From: Nannocystis bainbridge
GTDB taxonomy: Bacteria; Myxococcota_A; Polyangia; Nannocystales; Nannocystaceae
Direction: 5' to 3'
Length of the DNA stretch: 64,000 bases
Assembly: GCF_028368995.1 (NCBI RefSeq)
Contig: NZ_JAQNDL010000003.1
Coordinates: forward strand, 1,632,001 to 1,696,000
Part shown: one piece after another, positions 19,443 through 28,343 of the stretch
Numbering within the stretch: position 1 is the first letter of the stretch
Layout of the letters: the number at the start of each line of letters is the position of its first letter
Notes under the pieces: generated by a model
Database searches by the model: none
What the model was told of the DNA's origin: nothing
Seen by the model: the letters and a program-made list of their open reading frames with translations, nothing else
Position numbers and translations under genes: made by a program

Positions 19443-20470
19443 ACGACCACGGACAGATCCTCGACCCTGGCACCGTACGCCTCGAGCGGGTGCTCCCCGG
19501 ACCGATCGAGCGGGTCTGGCGATACCTCACCGACTCCGACAAGCGCGCCCGCTGGCTCGCCGCTGGCCAGTTCGAGCTGCGCCCTGGCGGCCGCGCCGAG
19601 TTCCGCTTCGACCACGCCTCGCTCTCGTCCGAAAAGACCTACCCCGAGCGTCACAAGGGCGCCGAGGGTGCGCAGGGCTTCGAGAAAGTGCTCGAGTGCG
19701 ACCCGCCGCGACTGCTGCGAATGACCTGGGGCGGCCCTGACGAGCCCGCCGAGGTCTGCTTCGAGCTCACCCCCGAGGGCGATCGGGTCCGCCTCGTCTT
19801 GACCACCCGCCGCCTGCCCACGCGCGACGAAGTGGTCGGCACCGCCTCCGGCTGGCACGCCCACCTCGCGATCCTCGCCGACACCCTCGCCGAGCGGCCT
19901 CCGCGCGGCTTCTGGTCGACCCTCGCCGACGCCGAGCGCGACTACCAGCAGCGCATGCAGGTCATGGACGACCATTTCCGGTGGGCCGCGGGCAACGAGC
20001 GCGAGATCCACGATCACGGCGGCACCTGGTCCTCGCTGCTGCGCCGCCGCCTCGACGCGCCGATCGATCGCGTGTGGGCCGCGTGGACCGACCCCGACGC
20101 GCTCCGCAATTGGTTCGGCCGGCCCTCGGGCAGCTTCGAGGTCGGCGGCACCGTCGTGCTCGAGCTCTCGCAGCCGCACCCGACCACGGTGAAGATCCTC
20201 GCTTGCGAGCCGCCGACCCGCCTGCGCACCACCTGGCGCTACGGTGATTTCGCCGACAGCGAGGTCGAGCTCCGCCTCACTCGCGACGGCGCCGGCACCT
20301 CGCTCGAGCTCCAGCACTTCGCCTGCCCCGACGCCGACGACGCTCGCGGCGGCGGCGGCGGCTGGGAGGCCGCGCTGCTCCAGCTCGAGAGTTTCCTCGG
20401 CGGACTGCCGCCACCCGCCGAATTCGTGTTCCCGGCGATGGACCACGCGTGGTCGCGCGTGACCGCGTAA
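19439..20470 (+). CDS. Protein with two SRPBCC/AHSA1 domains
   Basis: Two repeats (LERVLPGPIERVW...GWHAHL and RRRLDAPIDRVW...GWEAAL); the ArsR-SRPBCC pairing is common. Confidence 0.87.
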   Translation: MNDHGQILDPGTVRLERVLPGPIERVWRYLTDSDKRARWLAAGQFELRPGGRAEFRFDHASLSSEKTYPERHKGAEGAQGFEKVLECDPPRLLRMTWGGPDEPAEVCFELTPEGDRVRLVLTTRRLPTRDEVVGTASGWHAHLAILADTLAERPPRGFWSTLADAERDYQQRMQVMDDHFRWAAGNEREIHDHGGTWSSLLRRRLDAPIDRVWAAWTDPDALRNWFGRPSGSFEVGGTVVLELSQPHPTTVKILACEPPTRLRTTWRYGDFADSEVELRLTRDGAGTSLELQHFACPDADDARGGGGGWEAALLQLESFLGGLPPPAEFVFPAMDHAWSRVTA

Positions 20471-20765
20471 CCTGTCTCTTCGACCATCCTGCTCGCGCCC
20501 CGCGGCGTCGCCTCGCGCGAGCCCGCGGCGCGCGACTCGGGTGAGCGCCGACGCCTCGCCCATGTTTCCACGCCGCCGCCGTTCGCGGCCGCCGCCGGCC
20601 CGTCCCGCGCCCGCAGCGACCGGGCCGCGTCCGCCCTCGTGGCATCGGCCACGCATGCCCGCCACGCCGGCCCGCCGCGCTCGTCCGCGCACACGAACCT
20701 CGCTTCGGATGGACCCATGCGCGCGGGCGATCGCCTCGCGGCGGCGTTCGGCCTACCATCTTCAC

Positions 20766-22451
20766 ATGCGCCGCAGCTTACCTCCTGGCCTATGCCTCCT
20801 CGTCTACGCCTGCGCCGGCCCGCCCGCCGTCACCACCGACAGCGCCACGTCCACCGGCACCTCCGCGCTGCCGGTCACCACCGACACCGCCGCGGGCCCC
20901 GGCACCACCGACACCGCCACCACCACCGCCGCCAGCGCGCCCACGACCTCGACCACGCTCGCCCCGACCGGCGCCGACACCACCAGCAGCAGCGCCAAGT
21001 TCGACCTCGGGGCCATGCCCGACCTCGGTGACACCGGGCCCCTCGACGAGAGCACCTGTGAGCTCGCGGCGATGAACCTCACCAGCGCCGGCTGCCTGTT
21101 CGCCCCGACTGTCGGCGACAGCGGCATCGACCTGCCGTGGGCCGTCGTCGCCGCCAACACCAGCGGCAACGTCGACGCCAACGTCACCCTGTTCGGCGCC
21201 ACCGGCGAGGTCCTCGAGGCCGCCGTCGTCGCGCCCAAACAATTGCACACCTTCATCCTCGCGCCCCTCTCGGACGCGCTGTCGCAGCACGCCATGCCGG
21301 TGCAGACCGGCGTGCTCGAGCAGGTCCTGCGGCTCGAGAGCGACGTCCCGGTGGTGGCCTATCAGTTCAGCCCCTATTCGTCGTCCCAGGTCGCCACCGC
21401 CGACGCCTCGCTGCTGCTGCCGGCGCACGCGTGGGGCCAGGACTACCTGGTCCCGAGCTATCACAACACCGACTTCTCCGCGAGCTGGGTCAGCATCCTC
21501 AGCATGGTCGACGGCAACCAGGTGACCGTGGAGATGCCGGCCGCGATGCAGGGTGGTACGGACGCCGGCGGCGGCGTCCCGGCGCTGGTCGCCGGCGGCA
21601 GCTCCACGCACACCGTCGACGCCCAGCAGGCGCTGCGCATCGTCTCGCCGAGCGGCAGCGTCGCCGACTTCACCGGCATGCGCGTCAGCAGCACCGCCCC
21701 CGTCGCCGTCATGACCGGCTCGCCGGCGATGAGCCTGCCCGGCCCCGGCATGAACTATTACAAGGACTACCTCGAGGAGCAGGTCCCGCCGCGCACCGCG
21801 TGGGGCAAGGACTACGCGGTCGTCAAGTTCCGCCCGCGCAGCGACGAGCCCGACCTCTACCGCTTCATCGCCGACAAGGACGGCACCGTCCTCACCTTCA
21901 CCGGCGATCATCAAGGCCAGGCCATGCTCGACGAGGGCCAGTTCCACGAGCTGCTCACCGCCGCCTCGTTCCGCGTCGAGGGCACCGAGGCGTTCATGGT
22001 CGCCCATTACATGCTGAGTCAGGACCAATCGCACGGGCCCAAGGACGACGTCGCGTACCCCGGCGCTTTCATCTCGAAGAATTGCGACATCCCCTCGCTA
22101 GACACAACCGAGCTCGGCGACCCCGCGATCACCTTCATCCCGCCGACCGCCCAGCACCGCAGCAGCTACACCTTCCTGACCCCCGAGACCTACGGCTGGG
22201 ACATGCTCACGGTGGTCGGCCCCGAGGCCGGCTGGGACACGATCGAGCTCGACGGCGCTGCCCTGCCGGCACCGACCCCGCTCGGCGTCGGCGGTCTGGC
22301 CTACGCCCGCTTCCTGATCCCCGACGGCCCGCACGACATCCGCAGCCAGGCGGTCAAGTTCGGCATCGAGGTCTACGGCTACGATTGCCGGATCAGCTAC
22401 GCCTACCCCGGCGGCCTCAGCCTCGGCGAGATCAACCAACCGCCGGGCTGA
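20766..22451 (+). CDS. Lipoprotein with IgGFc-binding-like domain
   Basis: Lipobox LVYAC, Thr stalk, SDVPVVAYQF, DASLLLP, LEEQVPP...WGKDY, GDPAI, SYAYPGG. Confidence 0.82.
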   Translation: MRRSLPPGLCLLVYACAGPPAVTTDSATSTGTSALPVTTDTAAGPGTTDTATTTAASAPTTSTTLAPTGADTTSSSAKFDLGAMPDLGDTGPLDESTCELAAMNLTSAGCLFAPTVGDSGIDLPWAVVAANTSGNVDANVTLFGATGEVLEAAVVAPKQLHTFILAPLSDALSQHAMPVQTGVLEQVLRLESDVPVVAYQFSPYSSSQVATADASLLLPAHAWGQDYLVPSYHNTDFSASWVSILSMVDGNQVTVEMPAAMQGGTDAGGGVPALVAGGSSTHTVDAQQALRIVSPSGSVADFTGMRVSSTAPVAVMTGSPAMSLPGPGMNYYKDYLEEQVPPRTAWGKDYAVVKFRPRSDEPDLYRFIADKDGTVLTFTGDHQGQAMLDEGQFHELLTAASFRVEGTEAFMVAHYMLSQDQSHGPKDDVAYPGAFISKNCDIPSLDTTELGDPAITFIPPTAQHRSSYTFLTPETYGWDMLTVVGPEAGWDTIELDGAALPAPTPLGVGGLAYARFLIPDGPHDIRSQAVKFGIEVYGYDCRISYAYPGGLSLGEINQPPG

Positions 22452-22606
22452 GCGATCGCTCGCGGGCTCGCTCGCGCGATCGAGACGCACGCCCGCTCGC
22501 GTCCTGCAGCAGTGACGGCGCGGTCGCGCGGTCGCTCGCTGCGACGCCATCGCCAGCCAGCAGCGCCTCCGCCCCGCGACGCCGGACCGGCGCTACACTG
22601 CGCTGC

Positions 22607-22996
22607 ATGGTCCCGACCGCCCTCAGCCCGCGCTGGCTCGTCGTCCTCGTCGTCACCGCCGCGCTGTGGACCGGCCTGGCGATGCTCGCCGCCAATTTCA
22701 ACACCGGCCAGGGCCCGACCCTCGAGACCCTGCGCGGCGCGGCGCTGTCCCTGTCGCTGATCGCCGCGGTGCCGGTGGTGTTCGGTTTTTTCGGCGCCCG
22801 CCTCGGCTTCATCCTGGCCCAGGTCGGCCTGCTGATCGGCTACCTGCTGCTGCTGAGCGCCTTCGCCGGGCCCCGCACCGGCGGCTTCGAGGACCTGGCG
22901 GCCGTCGCCACCTTCCTGCTGCTCGGCGCGATCGGCCTCGGCGTCGGCACGGTGATCGACATCGTCCGCTGGTTCCTCGCCAGGCGCCGCCGGTGA
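22607..22996 (+). CDS. Small four-TM membrane protein
   Basis: Four hydrophobic segments; GC-typical codon usage. Confidence 0.7.
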   Translation: MVPTALSPRWLVVLVVTAALWTGLAMLAANFNTGQGPTLETLRGAALSLSLIAAVPVVFGFFGARLGFILAQVGLLIGYLLLLSAFAGPRTGGFEDLAAVATFLLLGAIGLGVGTVIDIVRWFLARRRR

Positions 22997-23061
22997 GCCC
23001 GCGGCCCGGCGACGCCGACGCTGCGTGCAATCGCCCGCGCGACCGCGATACATTCGCTCGC

Positions 23062-24327
23062 ATGATCCGCGATGTCCTCGCGCTCCGCTCGCGCCTGCAG
23101 GTCGCCTCGCTCTCGCTCCTCACCGCGGCCGGCTGCGCGCCTCCCAGCGCCCCGCAAGTCGCCCCCGTCGCGGTCACCAAGCAGGTCGCGCCCGTCGCCG
23201 ACACGAAGCAGGTCGCGCCCGTCGCCGCCGACCCACCGAAGCCCGAGCAACCGCCGACGACCCCGGAAACGGCTCCGCCGACCCCGCCCGAGGCCGAGCC
23301 GCGCATCGCTCAGTATCCGCGCGCCACCTGTCCGACGCACACCTGGTCGAACACCGTGGACGAGGCCAACAAGCGCGCCAGCGACGGCGAGCGCCGGCTC
23401 GACTGCCCGATCCAGATCCACGCCCTCCCGCGCGCCCCGGGCCAGACCGGCCCCACCGACGGGTTCCCCGGCAGCGCCTACCTCGACGACGACGCCACGC
23501 GGGCGCTCGGCGCCGGTCACTGCAGCTACACCTGGACGACGCCGTGCCCCGGCGGTCGCCCGCTGTTGACCGACGACGGCCCGCGCGTCGCCGACATCGT
23601 CCCGGATGCTGCCTGGCTCGCCGAGCTCGCGCCGGCCGATCCGCTGCCCGCGCCCCTGCGCGCCGCGATCGCCGACGCATGGCTGCAGGACGCCCGCAGC
23701 GAGCACGCGTCGATCGCCTCGTTCGCGCGCGCGACCCTCGAGCTGCTGGCGCTCGCGGCCCCGCCGGCGCTGGTCGCCGCGAGTCAAAAGGCGAGCCTCG
23801 AGGAGATCGATCACGCGCAACGATGCTTCGCGCTGGCGTCCCATTACGCCGGCGCGCCGCTCGGCCCGGGCCCGCTGCATGCTGTCCCGATCCGCGACGC
23901 CGACCTCGTGCGCCTCGCCTGCGACACTTTTGTGGAGGGCTGCGTCGGCGAGACGATCGCCGCGCTGATCGCCACCCGCGCGGCCCGTCGCTGCGCCGAC
24001 ACCACCGTCGCCGCCACGCTGACGAAGATCGCCGACGACGAGGCCGAGCACGCCGCCCTCGCCTGGGCCACCGTCGCCTGGGCCATCACCCGCGGCGGCG
24101 AGGACGTGCGCGCAGCCGTGCGCGCGCTCGCCGGCCGCCTGCACGCCGAGGTCGTCGCGGCCGCCGCTCCGCCGGCCCATCCGTCGGCAGCCGTGCTCGC
24201 CCACCACGGCCGCCTCGACGCCGCGGCCGAGCACGCCTGTCGCGTCGAAGCCTGGCAGCACCTGATCGGCGGCGCCCTCGAAGAACTCTGCGCCTGCCCG
24301 ACCCCCGACGCGCACGCGCCCGCGTGA
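23062..24327 (+). CDS. Lipoprotein with ferritin-like (diiron carboxylate) domain
   Basis: LLTAAGC lipobox; EHASIASF, EEIDHA, EGCVGET and DEAEHA EXXH motifs. Confidence 0.8.
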   Translation: MIRDVLALRSRLQVASLSLLTAAGCAPPSAPQVAPVAVTKQVAPVADTKQVAPVAADPPKPEQPPTTPETAPPTPPEAEPRIAQYPRATCPTHTWSNTVDEANKRASDGERRLDCPIQIHALPRAPGQTGPTDGFPGSAYLDDDATRALGAGHCSYTWTTPCPGGRPLLTDDGPRVADIVPDAAWLAELAPADPLPAPLRAAIADAWLQDARSEHASIASFARATLELLALAAPPALVAASQKASLEEIDHAQRCFALASHYAGAPLGPGPLHAVPIRDADLVRLACDTFVEGCVGETIAALIATRAARRCADTTVAATLTKIADDEAEHAALAWATVAWAITRGGEDVRAAVRALAGRLHAEVVAAAAPPAHPSAAVLAHHGRLDAAAEHACRVEAWQHLIGGALEELCACPTPDAHAPA

Positions 24328-24345
24328 TCACTTGACACCAGGAAT

Positions 24346-24497
24346 CGCCGACGCCCTCCACGCTCTCTGCGCTCACGCGCAAGCGTGAGCGCGCCGCAGC
24401 GACTCACAGCATCGAGGCCAGAGAGCGCCGACTCCCTTCACGCTCTCTGCGCCCGCCCGCGCACCGACGCGCAAGCGTGAGCGCGCAGCATCGACTC
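24346..24497. repeat. Imperfect direct repeat with GNRA-capped hairpin between convergent genes (REP-like/terminator)
   Basis: CGCCGAC.CCCT.CACGCTCTCTGCGC and ACGCGCAAGCGTGAGCGCGC each occur twice; hairpin GCGCTCACGC-GCAA-GCGTGAGCGC at 24369-24392. Confidence 0.65.
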
Positions 24498-24512
24498 GCT
24501 AATTCGTCGGCA

Positions 24513-25034
24513 TCACGCCGCACGAGCCTGCCGCTCGCGCCGAATCACCGCACGTCGCCGTCGCACCAGTTCCAGCCCCAGCAGCGCCACCGCCAGCAGG
24601 CCCGTGCCGTCCCCCGTCCCCGCGAACGCACAGCCGCTGCTCTTCGCCTCGGTCTGTGGCGTCGTCGCCGGCGTCGCCTTCGCCTCGACCGCCGGCGTCG
24701 TCTTCGTCTCGACCGGCGCCGTCTTCGCCTCGACCACCGGCGTCGAACTCGCAACCTCGCAGCGCAGACAGGGACTGCACACCTCGCGCGGATTCACGAT
24801 GTCCATGTCTTGCTGGTCGAGCGGCTTCATCGACTCGTAGTGCTGCAGCGTCGCCGACACGTGGGCCCGCTTGCAGCACTCGCCCTCCTTGCACACTCCC
24901 GACGGGCTGCAGCTGTCGCCCGCCTGCTTGTCCGCGCACGGGTTCGGCGGCTCTGGCGGCGGCGGCACGTCCGCGCGGGCCACCGCGGGCAGCAGGAGTT
25001 CGAGCAGCACAGTCATCGTGAGCGCGCGACGCAT
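24513..25034 (-). CDS. Small Cys-rich secreted protein with MYXO-CTERM-like tail
   Basis: Signal ending ARAD-VPPP, Cys cluster, PVETKT-type repeats, SSGCAF...LLAVALLGLELVRRRR. Confidence 0.72.
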   Translation of the reverse strand: MRRALTMTVLLELLLPAVARADVPPPPEPPNPCADKQAGDSCSPSGVCKEGECCKRAHVSATLQHYESMKPLDQQDMDIVNPREVCSPCLRCEVASSTPVVEAKTAPVETKTTPAVEAKATPATTPQTEAKSSGCAFAGTGDGTGLLAVALLGLELVRRRRAVIRRERQARAA

Positions 25035-25201
25035 CCCCCCGATGCAAGCCGTCGAGCGCGGGCCTGTCAATGGCCACAGGATTCCGGCGAGGGCGCCACC
25101 CGATGCGCTGTTGTGGGCAAGCAGAGGCCACGTCGACCTCGCGCGCAGCGCTCGTGTGTGGACGTCGACGCCGCTCGTGCCGGCGCCCTACCCTCGCGGC
25201 G

Positions 25202-26935
25202 ATGACACCTCGCTTGCGCACGATCACGCTCTCTCTGATTTGCGGGACCCCATGGCTCTCCGCGTGCGGCGACGACGGCACCGCCACCACCGAGAGCACG
25301 GCCTCCGGAGCCACCACCGACACCACCACCGGCGACGGCACGACGAGCCCCTCGACCACCACGGGCACGACCGAGCCGCAGCCGACCACCACCACGCCGA
25401 CCACCACCGACGCGACCCCCGACCCCACCGGGGTCACCACCTCGACCTCGAGCGACACCACCACCTCCTCGACCACCGACCCGGTCGACACCGAGTCGAC
25501 CACCGCCGCCGGCTGCGAGCCGCTGGTCGACTGCGGCGGCGCGTGTGTCGACATTCAGACCGACGCCGACCACTGCGGCGGCTGTGATGCCCCGTGTGGC
25601 GCCATGGAGGCCTGCGTCGACGCGGCCTGCGTCATCACATGTCCCCCGGGACAGGAGCTCTGCGACGGCGTCTGCGTCGACACCGGCGCCGATCCCGAGC
25701 ACTGCGGCGGCTGCGGTCAGCCGTGCCTCGACAGCGAGGTGTGCGGCGACGGGGTCTGCGCGCTTGAATGTCCCATGGGACAGGCGGACTGCGACGGCGC
25801 CTGCGTCGACACCGACACCGATCCCTCGCACTGCGGAGGTTGCGGCCAGGCCTGCGACGCCTGCCAGATCTGCAGCGACGCCCAGTGCGAGGCCCCGCCC
25901 GACCTGCCCCCGGCCGGGGCCATCGAGGGCCCGACCGACCTGTGCGCCGGCGCCGAGGCCATGTTCACCGTGCCCGAGGTGCCCGGCGCCGTCAGCTACA
26001 CGTGGAGCGGGCCCGTCGGTGCGACCGTCATCGCTGGCCAGGACACCGCCGCGGCGACCGTGAAGTTCGGCGCGACCGCCGGCCAGGTCTGCGTCAGCTA
26101 CAGCGACGGCTGCGCGACCTCGACGCCGAGCTGCATCGCCATCGCGCTGACCGGTGGCACGCCCGGGCAGCAGGTGTTCGCGGCGACCGGCGCGATCCAG
26201 CCGTTCGTCGTGCCCCAGTGCATCAAGACCCTCAAGATCACCGCCTTCGGCGCCCAGGGTGGCTCGGACGCCGGCGGGCTCGGGGCCAAGATGAGCGGCA
26301 CCTTCAACGTCACGCCCGGCGACCAGCTCGGCGTGGTCGTCGGCGAGCGCGGGGTCGCCAACAACTGCGGCAGCGCGCCGGCGACCGGCGGCGGCGGCGG
26401 CGGCTCGTTCGTGTGGCGGATCGCCGACGCCACCGAGCCATTGCTCGCAGCCGGCGGCGGCGGCGGCGGCAACACCAATTGGGATGACCTCAATTGCCGC
26501 AAGGGCCTCGACGGCGTGGTCGGCACGGCCGGCACCAGCGGCAACGGAGCCCCGAGCGCCGCGGGAGGCACCAACGGCAACGGCGGCGCCGGCAATGCCC
26601 CCTCGGGCACCGGCTCCGGCGGCGCCGGCTGGAAGAGCGCCGGCCAGGACTCGACCTATGGCACCGGCTGCACCGGCGGCAAACCGCCGCTCTTGTTCAC
26701 CGGCGGCGCCGGCAGCAACACCTTCGGCCCCGGCGGCCAGGGCGGCTTCGGCGGCGGCGGCGGGGCCGTGTGCGGCGCAGGCGGCGGCGGCGGCTACTCG
26801 GGCGGCGGCGCCGGCGAGGGCTCGACGTGCCGCGCCGGCGGCGGCGGCGGCGGCTCGTTCAACGCCGGCACCGCTCAGGACAATCAACCCGGCGCCCGCG
26901 CTGGCGCCGGCGAGGTGACGATCTCCTGGCCCTGA
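25202..26935 (+). CDS. Lipoprotein: Thr stalk, three myxobacterial Cys-rich repeats, PKD-like domain, glycine-rich domain
   Basis: WLSAC lipobox; C.G.CVD..TD..HCGGC repeated three times; AFGAQGG...GGGGGS...AAGGGGG...GGFGGGG...GGGGGYSGG. Confidence 0.8.
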   Translation: MTPRLRTITLSLICGTPWLSACGDDGTATTESTASGATTDTTTGDGTTSPSTTTGTTEPQPTTTTPTTTDATPDPTGVTTSTSSDTTTSSTTDPVDTESTTAAGCEPLVDCGGACVDIQTDADHCGGCDAPCGAMEACVDAACVITCPPGQELCDGVCVDTGADPEHCGGCGQPCLDSEVCGDGVCALECPMGQADCDGACVDTDTDPSHCGGCGQACDACQICSDAQCEAPPDLPPAGAIEGPTDLCAGAEAMFTVPEVPGAVSYTWSGPVGATVIAGQDTAAATVKFGATAGQVCVSYSDGCATSTPSCIAIALTGGTPGQQVFAATGAIQPFVVPQCIKTLKITAFGAQGGSDAGGLGAKMSGTFNVTPGDQLGVVVGERGVANNCGSAPATGGGGGGSFVWRIADATEPLLAAGGGGGGNTNWDDLNCRKGLDGVVGTAGTSGNGAPSAAGGTNGNGGAGNAPSGTGSGGAGWKSAGQDSTYGTGCTGGKPPLLFTGGAGSNTFGPGGQGGFGGGGGAVCGAGGGGGYSGGGAGEGSTCRAGGGGGGSFNAGTAQDNQPGARAGAGEVTISWP

Positions 26936-26952
26936 CCGCGCCCGCGTGACGC

Positions 26953-26983
26953 GTGTTCGGCGATCCCCGGGGTCGCCGAACAC
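26953..26983. terminator. Hairpin between convergent genes
   Basis: Stem GTGTTCGGCGA / TCGCCGAACAC; no U-tract. Confidence 0.55.
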
Positions 26984-26985
26984 AC

Positions 26986-27045
26986 GGATATGTCCCGAAG
27001 GACATCTCGCCGGATCGCCCCCGCCCGACCTGCCCCGAAGGACAG
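26986..27045. repeat. Two 14-bp palindromic sites
   Basis: TGTCC-CGAA-GGACA at 26991-27004 and TGCCC-CGAA-GGACA at 27031-27044. Confidence 0.75.
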
Positions 27046-27055
27046 ATCCAGCCTG

Positions 27056-28093
27056 CTACCGCCCCGGCAGCAGCGGCGCCAGCCAGGCCGCGTAGTATGC
27101 CAGCACCTCGCGGCCGATGAACCACGGCTCCTTCAGCAGACGCCGGCTCATCCTCGCCGGCACCGTGTATGCCAGCATGCCCGCCCGCTGGAACAGCAGC
27201 TTCACCCGCGGCTCATGATAATAGTGGCTCACCGCCAGCACCCGTCGCGCCCCGCGCTGCTGCAGCCATTCGCTCGTCACCGCCACCGTCGCGGCCGTAT
27301 CGACCCCCAGCTCGTCGAGCACGATCGCCTCCGCCGGCACCCCTGCTGCGATCGCCCGCGCCTGCATCGCCACCGGCTCCGACACCCCGTGGTCCTCGTC
27401 GATCGCCCCGCTCATGATCACCGTCGGAGCCAGCCCCGCGTGGTAGAGGCGGATCCCCTCGTCGACCCGATCGGCCAGCGCCAGCGACGGCCTCCCGTCC
27501 GAGTACACCCGCGCCCCGAACACCACGATCGCGTCCGCCTCGCGGGCGTAGCGGGTCGGTCCGAACGTCAGCATCAGCACCAGCGGCAGCGCCAGCGCCA
27601 CCCCCGCCGCCGTCGCCAGGCTGCGCACGACCTGTCCCCAAGACCATGTCCTCGCCGGCCCCGGCCGCCCCGCCGAACTCGCCAGCGCCAGCGACAGCGG
27701 CAGCACCAGCGCCGACCCTGGCAGCGGCAGCGGCGTGGCGATGCGGCCCTCGATCAGCAGCGCGAAGTACACCAGCGTGTCCCAGGCTGCCGCCGCCGCC
27801 ACTGCCAGCAGGCAGACCACCCCCGCCGCTCTCACCCAGCCGCGGCGCAGCGGCCCGAGCCCGCGGGCGATCAGCGTCGCCGCCAACATGGCCTTGAAGA
27901 CAGCCGCACCTGTCCCTCCGGGCAGGCTGATCCACGCCCCCGTCGCGTCGAAGCGCGGCCCTGCGATCAGCCGCCCGACCACGTTGAGGGCCACGAACAC
28001 CCCCAGCGCCAGCCCCACGTCCGGCAGCAGCGCGCGGACGCGAGCCCCGGACCCCGCTGCGTGCTCGTCTGCGATCATCCTCGGCGGAGGCAC
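27056..28093 (-). CDS. YdcF/DUF218 family membrane protein
   Basis: N-terminal TMs; ADAIVVFGA...LADRV...MSG...SE...M...GVP..AI..D..G.DT, VSHYYH.PR. Start uncertain. Confidence 0.85.
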   Translation of the reverse strand: MPPPRMIADEHAAGSGARVRALLPDVGLALGVFVALNVVGRLIAGPRFDATGAWISLPGGTGAAVFKAMLAATLIARGLGPLRRGWVRAAGVVCLLAVAAAAAWDTLVYFALLIEGRIATPLPLPGSALVLPLSLALASSAGRPGPARTWSWGQVVRSLATAAGVALALPLVLMLTFGPTRYAREADAIVVFGARVYSDGRPSLALADRVDEGIRLYHAGLAPTVIMSGAIDEDHGVSEPVAMQARAIAAGVPAEAIVLDELGVDTAATVAVTSEWLQQRGARRVLAVSHYYHEPRVKLLFQRAGMLAYTVPARMSRRLLKEPWFIGREVLAYYAAWLAPLLPGR

Positions 28094-28208
28094 GCGCCAG
28101 CGCGCCCCGGTATTCCCGGCCCTGCCCGATCGGGTGGAACCCCTCGTCTGCGCCCGCCGGCCTCGATCTTCGCGCTCCCCGCGAGACCCGGCAAACCTGC
28201 TGGATCTG

Positions 28209-28244
28209 CATGGTCTTTGTCACATGTCCTCATGGACATGTGAC
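28209..28244. repeat. 14-bp-phased palindrome array
   Basis: CATG at 28209, 28223 and 28237; perfect inverted repeat GTCACATGTCC-TCAT-GGACATGTGAC. Confidence 0.85.
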
Positions 28245-28343
28245 CACAATCGCCCGCCGCCCGCGCTCGAACGCCCTCAGGTCCCCCGCGCGCGCGGCGA
28301 AAACTGCTTTACGGGCGCGCGCGGGAGCTTCTACGCTGCCGTC

